DNA of 64,000 nt, taken from the NCBI GenBank assembly GCA_963668175.1, contig OY764159.1, positions 832,001 through 896,000 of the forward strand, written 5' to 3'. A program made the translations under genes and the position numbers. This stretch comes from Syntrophales bacterium. GTDB taxonomy: Bacteria > Desulfobacterota > Syntrophia > Syntrophales > PHBD01. Under the pieces are notes generated by a model. That model was not told where the DNA came from. It ran no database searches and saw only the letters and a program-made list of their open reading frames with translations. This document shows, piece after piece, positions 8,967-17,907 of the stretch. The stretch's first letter is position 1. Each line of letters opens with the position of its first letter.

Positions 8967-10061
8967 TCAGAAACGGTCCATGTATTTCCCCTTCTGGGGA
9001 TAACGGCGCGTGACGACGTTTGCCAGTTCCACAGGCGGAGGCACGATACCGCCCGGACGTCCGAAGAAATCGATTTCGGCGAATCCCTGCAGGGCAAGCC
9101 GCACATCTTCAAGCATCTGCCCCGTACTCATTTCGAAGACCAGGTAGTGTTTGACTTTCTCGGAGAGTTCCCGCAATTCCCGGGTCGGAAACGGCCACAG
9201 GGAAATGGGACGGAACAGGCCCACCTTGAGTCCCGAATCCCGCAGCCTTTTGATGGCGCCCTTCGCCACCCTGGCCGCCGTGCCGTAGGCGACGATGACC
9301 ATCTCGGCATCGTCGGTCTTGTATTTTTCGCAATGCGTCTCCCTGTCGGAGATCACCTGATATTTCCGGTGAAGCATCCAGTTGTGCTCTTCCATGAGCT
9401 GGGCGTCGAGGATCAAACCCCGGATGAATTTGCTCTTTCCGGTCCCGGCCCCGGAGAGGATATAGGCGTCGCTGTACTCCCTGGGCTTCGGCTTTTTGAA
9501 TACGACGGGTTCCATCATCTGCCCCATCATCCCGTCGGCCAGGATCATGACCGGTGTACGATACTTGTCGGCGAGGTCGAAGGCGTCCATGGTCAGGTCC
9601 GCAAGCTCCTGTCCCGTGGCCGGTCCCAGGACGATGACACGGTAATCGCCGTGGCCGCCGCCGCGGGTCGCCTGGAAATAGTCGCCCTGTGACGGGCGGA
9701 TGTTGCCGAGTCCGGGGCCCCCTCTCATCATATTGACGATAACCCCGGGAAGTTCGCACGCGGCCATGGAGGAAATGCCCTCCTGCTTGAGGGATATCCC
9801 GGGACTGGAGGAGGATGTCATGACCCTGGCTCCGGCGGCACTGGCGCCGGCAATCATGTTGATGGCGGCGATTTCGCTTTCCGACTGGAGAAAGACACCT
9901 CCCTCCGCCTTGCGAAGGTTGTCCGCCATGTACTCCGTCAGTTCGTTCTGCGGCGTGATCGGGTACCCGGCATAAAACCGGCAGCCGGCACGGATTGCCG
10001 CTTCGCCGATGACCATGTTTCCCTGCATCAATACTTTATTCACGGTAGACCTCGATGGCAA
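8967..10061 (-). CDS. 2-oxoacid:ferredoxin oxidoreductase alpha subunit (2-ketoisovalerate/VOR-like)
   Basis: GYPITPQ, ESEIAA, TSSSSPGISLKQE and RGGPGLGNI motifs. Confidence 0.95.
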   Translation of the reverse strand: MPSRSTVNKVLMQGNMVIGEAAIRAGCRFYAGYPITPQNELTEYMADNLRKAEGGVFLQSESEIAAINMIAGASAAGARVMTSSSSPGISLKQEGISSMAACELPGVIVNMMRGGPGLGNIRPSQGDYFQATRGGGHGDYRVIVLGPATGQELADLTMDAFDLADKYRTPVMILADGMMGQMMEPVVFKKPKPREYSDAYILSGAGTGKSKFIRGLILDAQLMEEHNWMLHRKYQVISDRETHCEKYKTDDAEMVIVAYGTAARVAKGAIKRLRDSGLKVGLFRPISLWPFPTRELRELSEKVKHYLVFEMSTGQMLEDVRLALQGFAEIDFFGRPGGIVPPPVELANVVTRRYPQKGKYMDRF

Positions 10062-10251
10062 TTTCCGGACACATCGTCGCGCAGAGGGCGCAGCCGGTGC
10101 ATTCCCCGTTGCCTACGAATACGACGGGCCGGTACCCCTTGGCGTTATATTCCTTGGACGGTTCGATCTGATTTCTTTTGCAGACCGAAATACAGAAATG
10201 ACACTCTTTGCACAAATCCCTGTCGATGGTGATCTTTCCCTTGGCCGCCAT
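10036..10251 (-). CDS. 2x[4Fe-4S] ferredoxin-like delta subunit
   Basis: CKECHFCISVC and CTGCALCATMCP. ATG at 10251 follows GGAG. Confidence 0.93.
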   Translation of the reverse strand: MAAKGKITIDRDLCKECHFCISVCKRNQIEPSKEYNAKGYRPVVFVGNGECTGCALCATMCPEIAIEVYRE

Positions 10252-10366
10252 GTGCGCTCCCGAATAGTTGACTTGAATGCGCATGGCTTTACGCAAAAAG
10301 TCGGAATAAAGTCAAGTTGAAATTTAGGAAAGTCGTGTTAATATTTTAAAAAGGAAGGCAGGTGTC

Positions 10367-11365
10367 ATGTTCAGTGCGGCGCTCGTCAACGATCCGTTCG
10401 GAGACCCGGCGGTTTATATCGAATTCAAATACCGTAACGAAGCAATCCTCTTCGACCTGGGGGACCTTCACCTCCTGCCTCCCCGGAAAATTCTGAAAAT
10501 CGGCCATGTTTTCGTGTCCCACACCCACATGGATCATTTTATCGGCTTCGATCAGATGCTGCGCGTCTGCCTTGGGCGGGATCTTCATATCGCTCTTTTC
10601 GGTCCTCCCGGTTTCCTGGAGCATATCGAAAACAAACTGAGGGCCTATACGTGGAACCTGGTAGAGAATTATACCAATGATTTCGCCTTACTCGTGACGG
10701 AAGTTCACGAACGGGACTTGATCGTCAAACGGTACCGCTGTCGGACGGCGTTTGCGCCGGAATTTATCGAAACGCGCCGTCACAACGGCGTCCTGATGGA
10801 AAACAAGCTGTTTGCCGTTTCGAGTGTCTTCCTCGATCACAAGATTCCCTGCCTGGCCTTTCGATTTGAAGAGAAAGACAGGGTGAATATCAAAAAAACG
10901 GCCCTCGACGTGATGGGTCTTCCTACCGGGGCCTGGCTCATGAATCTGAGGGAGCATGTCCTTAACGGAGACCCCGACGATACGCCCGTCCGGGTATGGT
11001 GGAGAAACGAGGACCGGCAGATTGTGGAGAAGCACTATCCTTTGGGGGAATTGCGGGAAAGCATCGTCAGGATCACGCCGGGTCAGAGGATCGTCTACGT
11101 GACCGATGCGATATACAACGACGAGAACAATCGCCGGATCGTGGATCTGGCCGGGCGAGCCGACCACCTGTTCATCGAGTCCACGTTTTCAAATGAGGAT
11201 GCCGGGAAGGCTTCCGAAAAATACCATCTGACGGCGTTTCAGGCCGGTTCCCTGGCGAGACGGGCCGGGGCGAAACGGATTACCCCGTTTCATTTTTCTC
11301 CCAAGTATAAAAAGTGCGGACAGCTTTTGATCGATGAAGCGATGAAGGCTTTCAGCGGCTCGTAA
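10367..11365 (+). CDS. Ribonuclease Z-like metallo-beta-lactamase fold hydrolase
   Basis: SHTHMDH, YVTD, ESTF, YHLT and HFSPKY motifs. Confidence 0.85.
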   Translation: MFSAALVNDPFGDPAVYIEFKYRNEAILFDLGDLHLLPPRKILKIGHVFVSHTHMDHFIGFDQMLRVCLGRDLHIALFGPPGFLEHIENKLRAYTWNLVENYTNDFALLVTEVHERDLIVKRYRCRTAFAPEFIETRRHNGVLMENKLFAVSSVFLDHKIPCLAFRFEEKDRVNIKKTALDVMGLPTGAWLMNLREHVLNGDPDDTPVRVWWRNEDRQIVEKHYPLGELRESIVRITPGQRIVYVTDAIYNDENNRRIVDLAGRADHLFIESTFSNEDAGKASEKYHLTAFQAGSLARRAGAKRITPFHFSPKYKKCGQLLIDEAMKAFSGS

Positions 11366-11389
11366 TCCACAGGAGAGGCGGGCAGGGCA

Positions 11390-11893
11390 TCAGAGTTTTG
11401 TGATCTGAAAGCCTTCCAGTTTGATGGCGACGGACCGCTGCAGGATATCGATGGACACGACGAACAACTCCTTTTCATAGTCCGTGCTGATGACGATGCC
11501 TTCGATACCCTTGAAGGGACCGTCGGTGATCTGGGCCGGCTCGCCGACTTTCGGATACTGGAAATGCTGGACCTCGATTTTGGATTCGACCAGGCGCTGA
11601 ATAGCGTCGATCTTTTCATCGGGCACGGGGATGGGTTCATGTCCGACCGGTTTGCCGAGGATTCTCACGACGCCGAAGGTCTTGAGGATATCCAGTTTGA
11701 TCTTGTTGTCCATGACCGGGATGTCGATAAAAAGATAACCGGGGAACATCGGCAACAGTATCTTTTTCCGGCGGTCTTTTCGCTTGCTCCAGACCTCTAT
11801 CTTGGGTAAAAAGGCGTGGAACGACTTCTGAACAAAGCCCGTATAGACTTTGTCCTCGTGGCGGCTGCGGGTGTGAACGGCGTACCAGGGCAT
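11390..11893 (-). CDS. Specialised NusG paralogue (UpxY/RfaH/LoaP-like transcription antiterminator)
   Basis: NGN domain (WYAVHTRSRHE...PMFPGYLF) and KOW motif (ITDGPFKGIEG). Confidence 0.9.
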   Translation of the reverse strand: MPWYAVHTRSRHEDKVYTGFVQKSFHAFLPKIEVWSKRKDRRKKILLPMFPGYLFIDIPVMDNKIKLDILKTFGVVRILGKPVGHEPIPVPDEKIDAIQRLVESKIEVQHFQYPKVGEPAQITDGPFKGIEGIVISTDYEKELFVVSIDILQRSVAIKLEGFQITKL

Positions 11894-11985
11894 GAATGTC
11901 CTCTATTCTTATCGAATCTTGCTCTGTCTATAACAGGAGATGTTTTTTTTCAATGCCGATTAAACGGCCACAGGCATATTGAGCG

Positions 11986-13587
11986 ATGATGCGTATCAGG
12001 ATCAACGGGATCAGGCTTTCCCTGGACGAAAACGAAGAAGACATTCCGGCAAAGGTTGCAGGTCTGACCGGAACAGCCGTTGAGGCCGTCGCCTATTACA
12101 AGATTGTCCGTATGTCCCTCGATGCCCGCCGGGAGAGGCCGCCTGTCTTCGTCTATACGATCGAATGCACGTTGAATGAAGATGTCTCCGTTCCAACCGG
12201 TAACATTTCGGGCGTCGTTGTGGAACGGATAGATTCTCCGCCACCCGAGCAATCAAAACCGGTTGTCCGAAGGCCCGCGAATAAGCCGGCAGTTGTGGGC
12301 TCCGGTCCCGCCGGTCTTTTCGCCGCCCTGACCCTGGCGGAGGCAGGTATCCCCGTCATTCTTCTGGAACGGGGGAAGGCCGTGCCGGAGCGAGTGGCCG
12401 ATGTCCATCGTTTTTGGGAGCAAGGCGTCCTGAACCCGGAGAGCAACGTCTATTTCGGCGAAGGAGGGGCGGGGACATTCTCCGACGGAAAGCTGACGAG
12501 CCGCAGGCAAAATCCCGAAGTCGCCAGGATCAAGGAGATGTTTGTCCGGATGGGGGCACCGGCGGCCATTCTTGTCGACGCCAAGCCGCACATCGGGACG
12601 GACCATCTGCGGTCGATGGTCGTCCGACTCCGGCAGTACTTGCAGTCTTTAGGCTGCGAAGTGAGGTTTGAAGCGAGAGTGACCGATATCTTGGTCCGGC
12701 AGGGAAAGCTGGAAGGCCTTGTCGTCAATCGCGGGGAGCAAATAAGTGCTTCTCACGCGGTATTCGCCCCCGGCCAGGCCGCTGAAGACGTATATCGCAT
12801 GCTTCTTGACCGCGGCGCCGCCCTTGCCCCGAAGCCTTTTGCCATGGGGGTGCGCATCGAACATCCCCAGGAATGGGTGAACAGGATGCAGTACGGCAAA
12901 TGGTCGGGACATACGGCTTTGCCGCCGGCGGAATACGTCGTGACGGCCCGGGCGGAAGATGCGGGGCGTTCGGTCTATTCCTTTTGTATGTGTCCCGGGG
13001 GGCAGGTCATTGGAAGCAGTTCCGAGGCAGGGACGGTCGTCACGAACGGTATGAGCTTAAGCTCACGGAACGGCCTCTATGCGAACAGTGCTGTCGTGGT
13101 CAATGTCCGAACGGAAGACTATGCATGTCCCTCTCCCCTGGCCGGCTTGGATTTCCGCAGGCAGTGGGAGCGAAAAGCCTATCAGCTGGGTGAGGCCGGG
13201 TATCGCGCCCCGGGGCAGCGATTGACGGATTTTCTTCGCGGCAAAAGGGGGGGAGTGGGCGCTACCAGTTTTCTTCCCGGGGTTAAGCCAGCAGACCTCG
13301 GCGAAACAATGCCGTCTTTCGTGACGGCGGCCCTCCGGGAAGGCCTGCAAAGGATCGACCGGAAAATGCCGGGGTTCATATCGGATGAGGCCGTGTTGAT
13401 CGGTGTGGAAACCCGAACGTCGTCGCCGGTCAGAATCCTGAGGAAAGCGACCGGGGAGAGTACCCATATCGAAGGTCTGTATCCCAGCGGCGAAGGTGCG
13501 GGCTATGCCGGCGGAATCATCAGTTCCGCCCTGGACGGGATGCATGCTGCCCGTTCCATACTTGCAGATTTACAAGGATTGGCATAG
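11986..13587 (+). CDS. FAD-dependent oxidoreductase (uncharacterised NAD(FAD)-utilising dehydrogenase family)
   Basis: VVGSGPAG, FGEGGAGTFSDGKL, YSFCMCPGG and GEGAGYAGGI motifs. Confidence 0.9.
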   Translation: MMRIRINGIRLSLDENEEDIPAKVAGLTGTAVEAVAYYKIVRMSLDARRERPPVFVYTIECTLNEDVSVPTGNISGVVVERIDSPPPEQSKPVVRRPANKPAVVGSGPAGLFAALTLAEAGIPVILLERGKAVPERVADVHRFWEQGVLNPESNVYFGEGGAGTFSDGKLTSRRQNPEVARIKEMFVRMGAPAAILVDAKPHIGTDHLRSMVVRLRQYLQSLGCEVRFEARVTDILVRQGKLEGLVVNRGEQISASHAVFAPGQAAEDVYRMLLDRGAALAPKPFAMGVRIEHPQEWVNRMQYGKWSGHTALPPAEYVVTARAEDAGRSVYSFCMCPGGQVIGSSSEAGTVVTNGMSLSSRNGLYANSAVVVNVRTEDYACPSPLAGLDFRRQWERKAYQLGEAGYRAPGQRLTDFLRGKRGGVGATSFLPGVKPADLGETMPSFVTAALREGLQRIDRKMPGFISDEAVLIGVETRTSSPVRILRKATGESTHIEGLYPSGEGAGYAGGIISSALDGMHAARSILADLQGLA

Positions 13588-13737
13588 GCGATCGGCACGG
13601 CAATTGTCCAGAGGCAAAGGCGCCTCCAGCCGAATGGCAAATGCCTTTTCCGGATACGACGAGGAGCAAGAGGTTTCTAAAGCCATCTCCTGCCCGGGAT
13701 CGTAAAGCGTCCATTATTGAAGCCAAGGAGGGGAATT

Positions 13738-14307
13738 ATGGATTGGCAGCGGGAATTCAAGAAAAGACCGATCATCGTCAACCTGTTTGCCGTATTGGTT
13801 GCAGCCATTTTAATGGAAGTAGTGTGGGGCCTTGCCGCGGGGATCGTCGGCGGAGTCGCCATCAGCCGTGATCCGGAGTTTCAGAAAAGGGTAACGGCCT
13901 TCATGAAGGACAGGGGAGTCGATGTGAAGGTGAGTCCCGATAAAGGTAAAGCGGCGTACGAGCAGCTTTCTCCCCAGGACAAGAAGAATCTGGACGATAT
14001 GACACGCGTCGTCCTGAAAGGTGCCAACTGGTTTGCCGTGGCCTTGTCCGTCAATGTGATCGTTTACGGCCTGACCGGTTTTCTGGGAGGTTTCTTCGCC
14101 AGAGCATGGCTTCTGGCTGCCGGGATTCCCGTCTGGTCGCTGTTAACCAACAATCCCGTCGTCCGTTTTGAATGGGTTGTCGGGTTGTCGTTGTTCGAAA
14201 AATCCATCGTCTTTCTGCTGCCGCTCGCTGTCTGCTCCCTTGCGGCCTTTTTCGGTGCCGCGGTTGGGAAAAAGCGGGCTGAAAGAAAGATGGCGGCGGC
14301 ATCCTGA
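13738..14307 (+). CDS. Hypothetical membrane protein (about 4 TM segments)
   Basis: SD AAGGAGGG before the ATG at 13738; several hydrophobic segments; no family recognised. Confidence 0.65.
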   Translation: MDWQREFKKRPIIVNLFAVLVAAILMEVVWGLAAGIVGGVAISRDPEFQKRVTAFMKDRGVDVKVSPDKGKAAYEQLSPQDKKNLDDMTRVVLKGANWFAVALSVNVIVYGLTGFLGGFFARAWLLAAGIPVWSLLTNNPVVRFEWVVGLSLFEKSIVFLLPLAVCSLAAFFGAAVGKKRAERKMAAAS

Positions 14308-14341
14308 CGGGTGCCGCCAGCGCATTCCGGATTGCCGCAGG

Positions 14342-15616
14342 TCAATATTCTGCTTTAAAAATATCGATGGGTTCTTTCTTTCCCTTCACTTTTTGAGGCG
14401 GCAGCGGCGTGAGGCCCTTGAGACCGTTAATCTCGGAGCGTCTTCCTTCTATGGCTTCTTTAACAGTCCGGGTGATGAGAATTTCGTCCTGTCCCGCCAA
14501 CGATTCCACCCTTTGCGCCACATTGACGGCATCGCCGATGACCGTATAGGTGAGATGGTCTTCCGATCCGATATACCCGGCAACGACATCGCCGGTATTG
14601 ACGCCGATCCCCATGTGAAGCTCCGGCCAGCCCTCTGCCCTCTTGATTCTGTTGAATTCATGAAGTCCGTGAATCATGTCGATGACGGTTCTTATGGCCC
14701 GGACGGGATCGTCGTTGTGTGTAAGCGGGGCGCCGAAAACGGCCATCATGCCGTCGCCCAGCAACTTATCGAGGGTGCCTTCATGCTTGAAGATGAGCGG
14801 CGTCATCTGGGAAAAGAATTCGTTCAGGATCTCCACGACCTTCTCCTGGTCCAATCCCTCGGACAGAGCCGTAAATCCCTGCAAATCGGCAAACACGATC
14901 GTCGCCCGTTTACGTTCCCCTCCCAGACGCAGCATGCCCTTGCTTCCCAGGATTTCTTCGGTGACGGTCTTTGAAAAGAAGCGGCTCAGAAGGAATCGTT
15001 TATTCTCTTCCTTCAGCATCTGCGTGTATAATCGGGACAGAACGATAGCCGTGGCGATCTGATCCGCGACAAGGCTGAAAAAGCTGACCTGGTTCTGATC
15101 GAAACCGTGTTTGACGCGGTGGGTGAGGTTAAGGACGCCGATGGCCTTGTTGTTATGCATAACGGGCACGCAGAGCAGCGACTGGCCTCTAAGCCTTTCC
15201 TGCTCTTCAAGCGAACAGGTTCTCTCCATCTCGTCGACAATGATGGGCTTTTTCTGGGCGATGACCTGACCGCCGGTACCTTCATCAAGGCGGATCAACG
15301 GAGATTCTTGATGCGTTTCCGCTTCATCGTCTGATTTGATCATCTCGAGCATCTGGAGGTCGTCGTTCAAGAGCATCAGCGCCACTTGTTCCAGGGAAGA
15401 ATACTTCTTGATGATTTTCAGCTGTTCGAGGAAGAGCGCTTTCCGGTCATAGATGCCCGTCAGTCGCAGCGTATCGACCAGTTCTTTGATGACGGACAGT
15501 TCTTTGATCTTGTTTTCATAATTGCTTCTCATCTTGAGATACTGTCGTTTGAAGACGTCCTTCTCCGCAGACAGTTGAGACTGTTCGTCGGTTGCGTTTT
15601 TCATGGATTCATCCAT
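14342..15616 (-). CDS. GAF-domain class III adenylate cyclase (soluble)
   Basis: N-terminal coiled coil, GAF (SLLCVPV...IGVLNL), FADLQGFT, DKLLGDG and TYTVIGDAVNVAQR. The Lys/Thr specificity residues point to ATP as substrate. Confidence 0.92.
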   Translation of the reverse strand: MDESMKNATDEQSQLSAEKDVFKRQYLKMRSNYENKIKELSVIKELVDTLRLTGIYDRKALFLEQLKIIKKYSSLEQVALMLLNDDLQMLEMIKSDDEAETHQESPLIRLDEGTGGQVIAQKKPIIVDEMERTCSLEEQERLRGQSLLCVPVMHNNKAIGVLNLTHRVKHGFDQNQVSFFSLVADQIATAIVLSRLYTQMLKEENKRFLLSRFFSKTVTEEILGSKGMLRLGGERKRATIVFADLQGFTALSEGLDQEKVVEILNEFFSQMTPLIFKHEGTLDKLLGDGMMAVFGAPLTHNDDPVRAIRTVIDMIHGLHEFNRIKRAEGWPELHMGIGVNTGDVVAGYIGSEDHLTYTVIGDAVNVAQRVESLAGQDEILITRTVKEAIEGRRSEINGLKGLTPLPPQKVKGKKEPIDIFKAEY

Positions 15617-15628
15617 AACGGGACCCCT

Positions 15629-17518
15629 TCAGGTCAGATAATCGAGGTATTCCCTGTTTTCTTCCATAATGGCCGAGGCAGTCCGCGTCATATCGTCGAG
15701 CATTCGCGTGTTCAGGTCTTTGAACAGCTGGGTCAGGAACAGCCAGTGGCCTGCAGTCAGCCAGCTCATTCTGCTGTTTGCCTCACCGGGCATCAAACCC
15801 GCTTCTGAGGACCGGTAGTAAAGATAATCAGCCAGGCCGGTAATGGCGGCCACGGCCGATTCACCAGGTGAACTGTAAGGCTGATGGTGGTATGATATGG
15901 CATTGATAAGCATTTCGGGCAGGTTCCATTGGGAGGCAAGATACTTCCCGACGATGGCATGATGAAGCCCGAAATAATCCTCTTCCATTTCAAAAAGCGG
16001 CAAATCGAGCGTTTTTGAATCTTTGGTCAGATCCTTGTAAATATCCGGATAGTTGGCGATGAGAAAAATTTTACCCACATCGTGAAGCAGCGTGGCGGTG
16101 AAAACGCCGACATCGCGAAACTGAGGCAGCGTTCGGCTTATGGATTGGGCGATCAATGCCGTGCAGATCGCGTGATGCCAGAGAATTTTGGGATTGAGGA
16201 CGCCTTCCAGCGGTTTGACGTCGAACACTTTCGCGGCGGCAAGCCCGAAGGCAATATCGACGATTTCTTCCGTGCCCAAAAGTACGACGGCATGCTTGAC
16301 CGAGCTTATTTTTTGCGGACTTCCGTAAAATGCGGAATTGACGGTTTTGAGAAGTTTGGAGGTCAAGGCCGGGTCTCTCGTCACGATGGCGGCCAGTTCA
16401 GTGCCGGAAGAATTCGGATCGGAGGCGATATGGAATATCTGCATCGCCACCGACGGCAGTGTCGGCAAGTCTTCGGATTGATTGAGCTTCAACAGAACCT
16501 TTTCCAGGAGTATGTCCTGTCGGGCAATGTGGGCCTCCAGTTCCATTTGTTGGATGATCGCGCTGAAATGCTTCTCATACGACTGATCAACAAGGGTGCG
16601 GGGTCCGGACTTGACTAGTTTGTCAAGTTCCGAATTCAGGGGGGAATCGAAGGGCAGGCGTGCTATAAATTCCTTCTGTCCGGACAGGGGAATTCCGCTG
16701 AGGCCTTGCCCAAGGCTCACGGCATCCATGTTAAGCAGTCTTTTAAAAATCCTGCCGCGAGCCCGGGCGAAACACAGCTCGATCGGCGTTGCTTGTGTGC
16801 CGGGCGAAGATTCGGTGTCGCTGTCCGCGGCGGTCTCACGGAGAGCCTTCTCGCCTTCAGCCTGAGCGCGGTTAGATTTTTCGCTTCTGGGTTTACCTGC
16901 CAGATTCATCAACTGGGCGACCGTCTGGCCGTCATCCGGGAACACGGAGTACCCGAAGCTCACGGCTATATCGCTTCCCAGAATCTGCTTCATGACCCTT
17001 TGGGTCTTGCTTTGGATCGGGACCACCCCATGCTTGTCGGTGGCAAAACCGAGGATGATCAGCCTCGTGTCGTCAATGGCTATGACGGTATCGCTTTCCC
17101 GGAAATGGGCGATGACTTGCTCTTCGAAAGGGCCGAGCATGGAAGGGAAATGGTCGTGGGAATCGCCGGGATCAATCTGAACGAGCAACAAAACGAGTGA
17201 AGTGCGGCAACGCAGGACTTTGCTTAATTCCCTCTTGATCATGCCCTCGTGTTTTTGGGATATGCAGAAAGGGAACGACGGGTAGGCGACAATCGGTTCC
17301 ATCGAAACCAGGCAGCCTGATTTGGACAATGCCGACAGGCTGCTCTCTGCATTGTGCTGCGTCTTGAATTCTTTAATGACTCGCGGCGTGCTCGTCAACA
17401 GGCCGTGAATCTTTTCATGGGGGAGTTCCAGGTCCTTTTGCAGGTAGACGGCGATTTTCTTTATATCCGCACCCGGTATCAAACCATTTAATACGAGGCG
17501 ATAATGAGTAGGGTTCAT
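15629..17518 (-). CDS. HDOD-domain protein with degenerate GGDEF-like middle domain
   Basis: C-terminal LPTLPSVA, DPALTSKLLKTVNSAFYG, LLHDVGK and WNLPE. The middle RESDTV...VSFGYSVFPDDGQT segment lacks GGDEF. Confidence 0.85.
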   Translation of the reverse strand: MNPTHYRLVLNGLIPGADIKKIAVYLQKDLELPHEKIHGLLTSTPRVIKEFKTQHNAESSLSALSKSGCLVSMEPIVAYPSFPFCISQKHEGMIKRELSKVLRCRTSLVLLLVQIDPGDSHDHFPSMLGPFEEQVIAHFRESDTVIAIDDTRLIILGFATDKHGVVPIQSKTQRVMKQILGSDIAVSFGYSVFPDDGQTVAQLMNLAGKPRSEKSNRAQAEGEKALRETAADSDTESSPGTQATPIELCFARARGRIFKRLLNMDAVSLGQGLSGIPLSGQKEFIARLPFDSPLNSELDKLVKSGPRTLVDQSYEKHFSAIIQQMELEAHIARQDILLEKVLLKLNQSEDLPTLPSVAMQIFHIASDPNSSGTELAAIVTRDPALTSKLLKTVNSAFYGSPQKISSVKHAVVLLGTEEIVDIAFGLAAAKVFDVKPLEGVLNPKILWHHAICTALIAQSISRTLPQFRDVGVFTATLLHDVGKIFLIANYPDIYKDLTKDSKTLDLPLFEMEEDYFGLHHAIVGKYLASQWNLPEMLINAISYHHQPYSSPGESAVAAITGLADYLYYRSSEAGLMPGEANSRMSWLTAGHWLFLTQLFKDLNTRMLDDMTRTASAIMEENREYLDYLT

Positions 17519-17907
17519 AGCAGTAACCTGCCGGTTTGCCTATGAAATAACATTTATCCCTCAAACAGGTGTTTATAGCAGATTTTGTCCGATAGAAATA
17601 TCATACATCATAGGGGAAAGCGGAAAGGGTGTCAAGCTATTCAGGGAGGCGCCGCGAGCCGGCGATGCCGACATGCCGCCGCGACGGACCATTCCGAAAG
17701 CCTTGATTCCAGCGTGACGTTTTCGCGGGGACTACCGTACGGCAATCCGTCCCGGTGTTTTCCAATGTGTACGAGCAAAAAAGGCTTGTTATTTATATGC
17801 TTTAATACTACTATGGGCGCCTCGCAGATACCGTCGGCAACCAGTACGATCAGGGCGGCAAGAACGGCAGCCGAGTCAAGCGTTCTTGTCGTTCCCGGTT
17901 TGTTTTA

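Noticed and set aside
13593..13608. Possible sigma54 promoter CGGCAC-N5-TTGTC before the membrane protein gene
   Set aside because: The -12 element lacks the conserved GC, and no supporting enhancer is visible.
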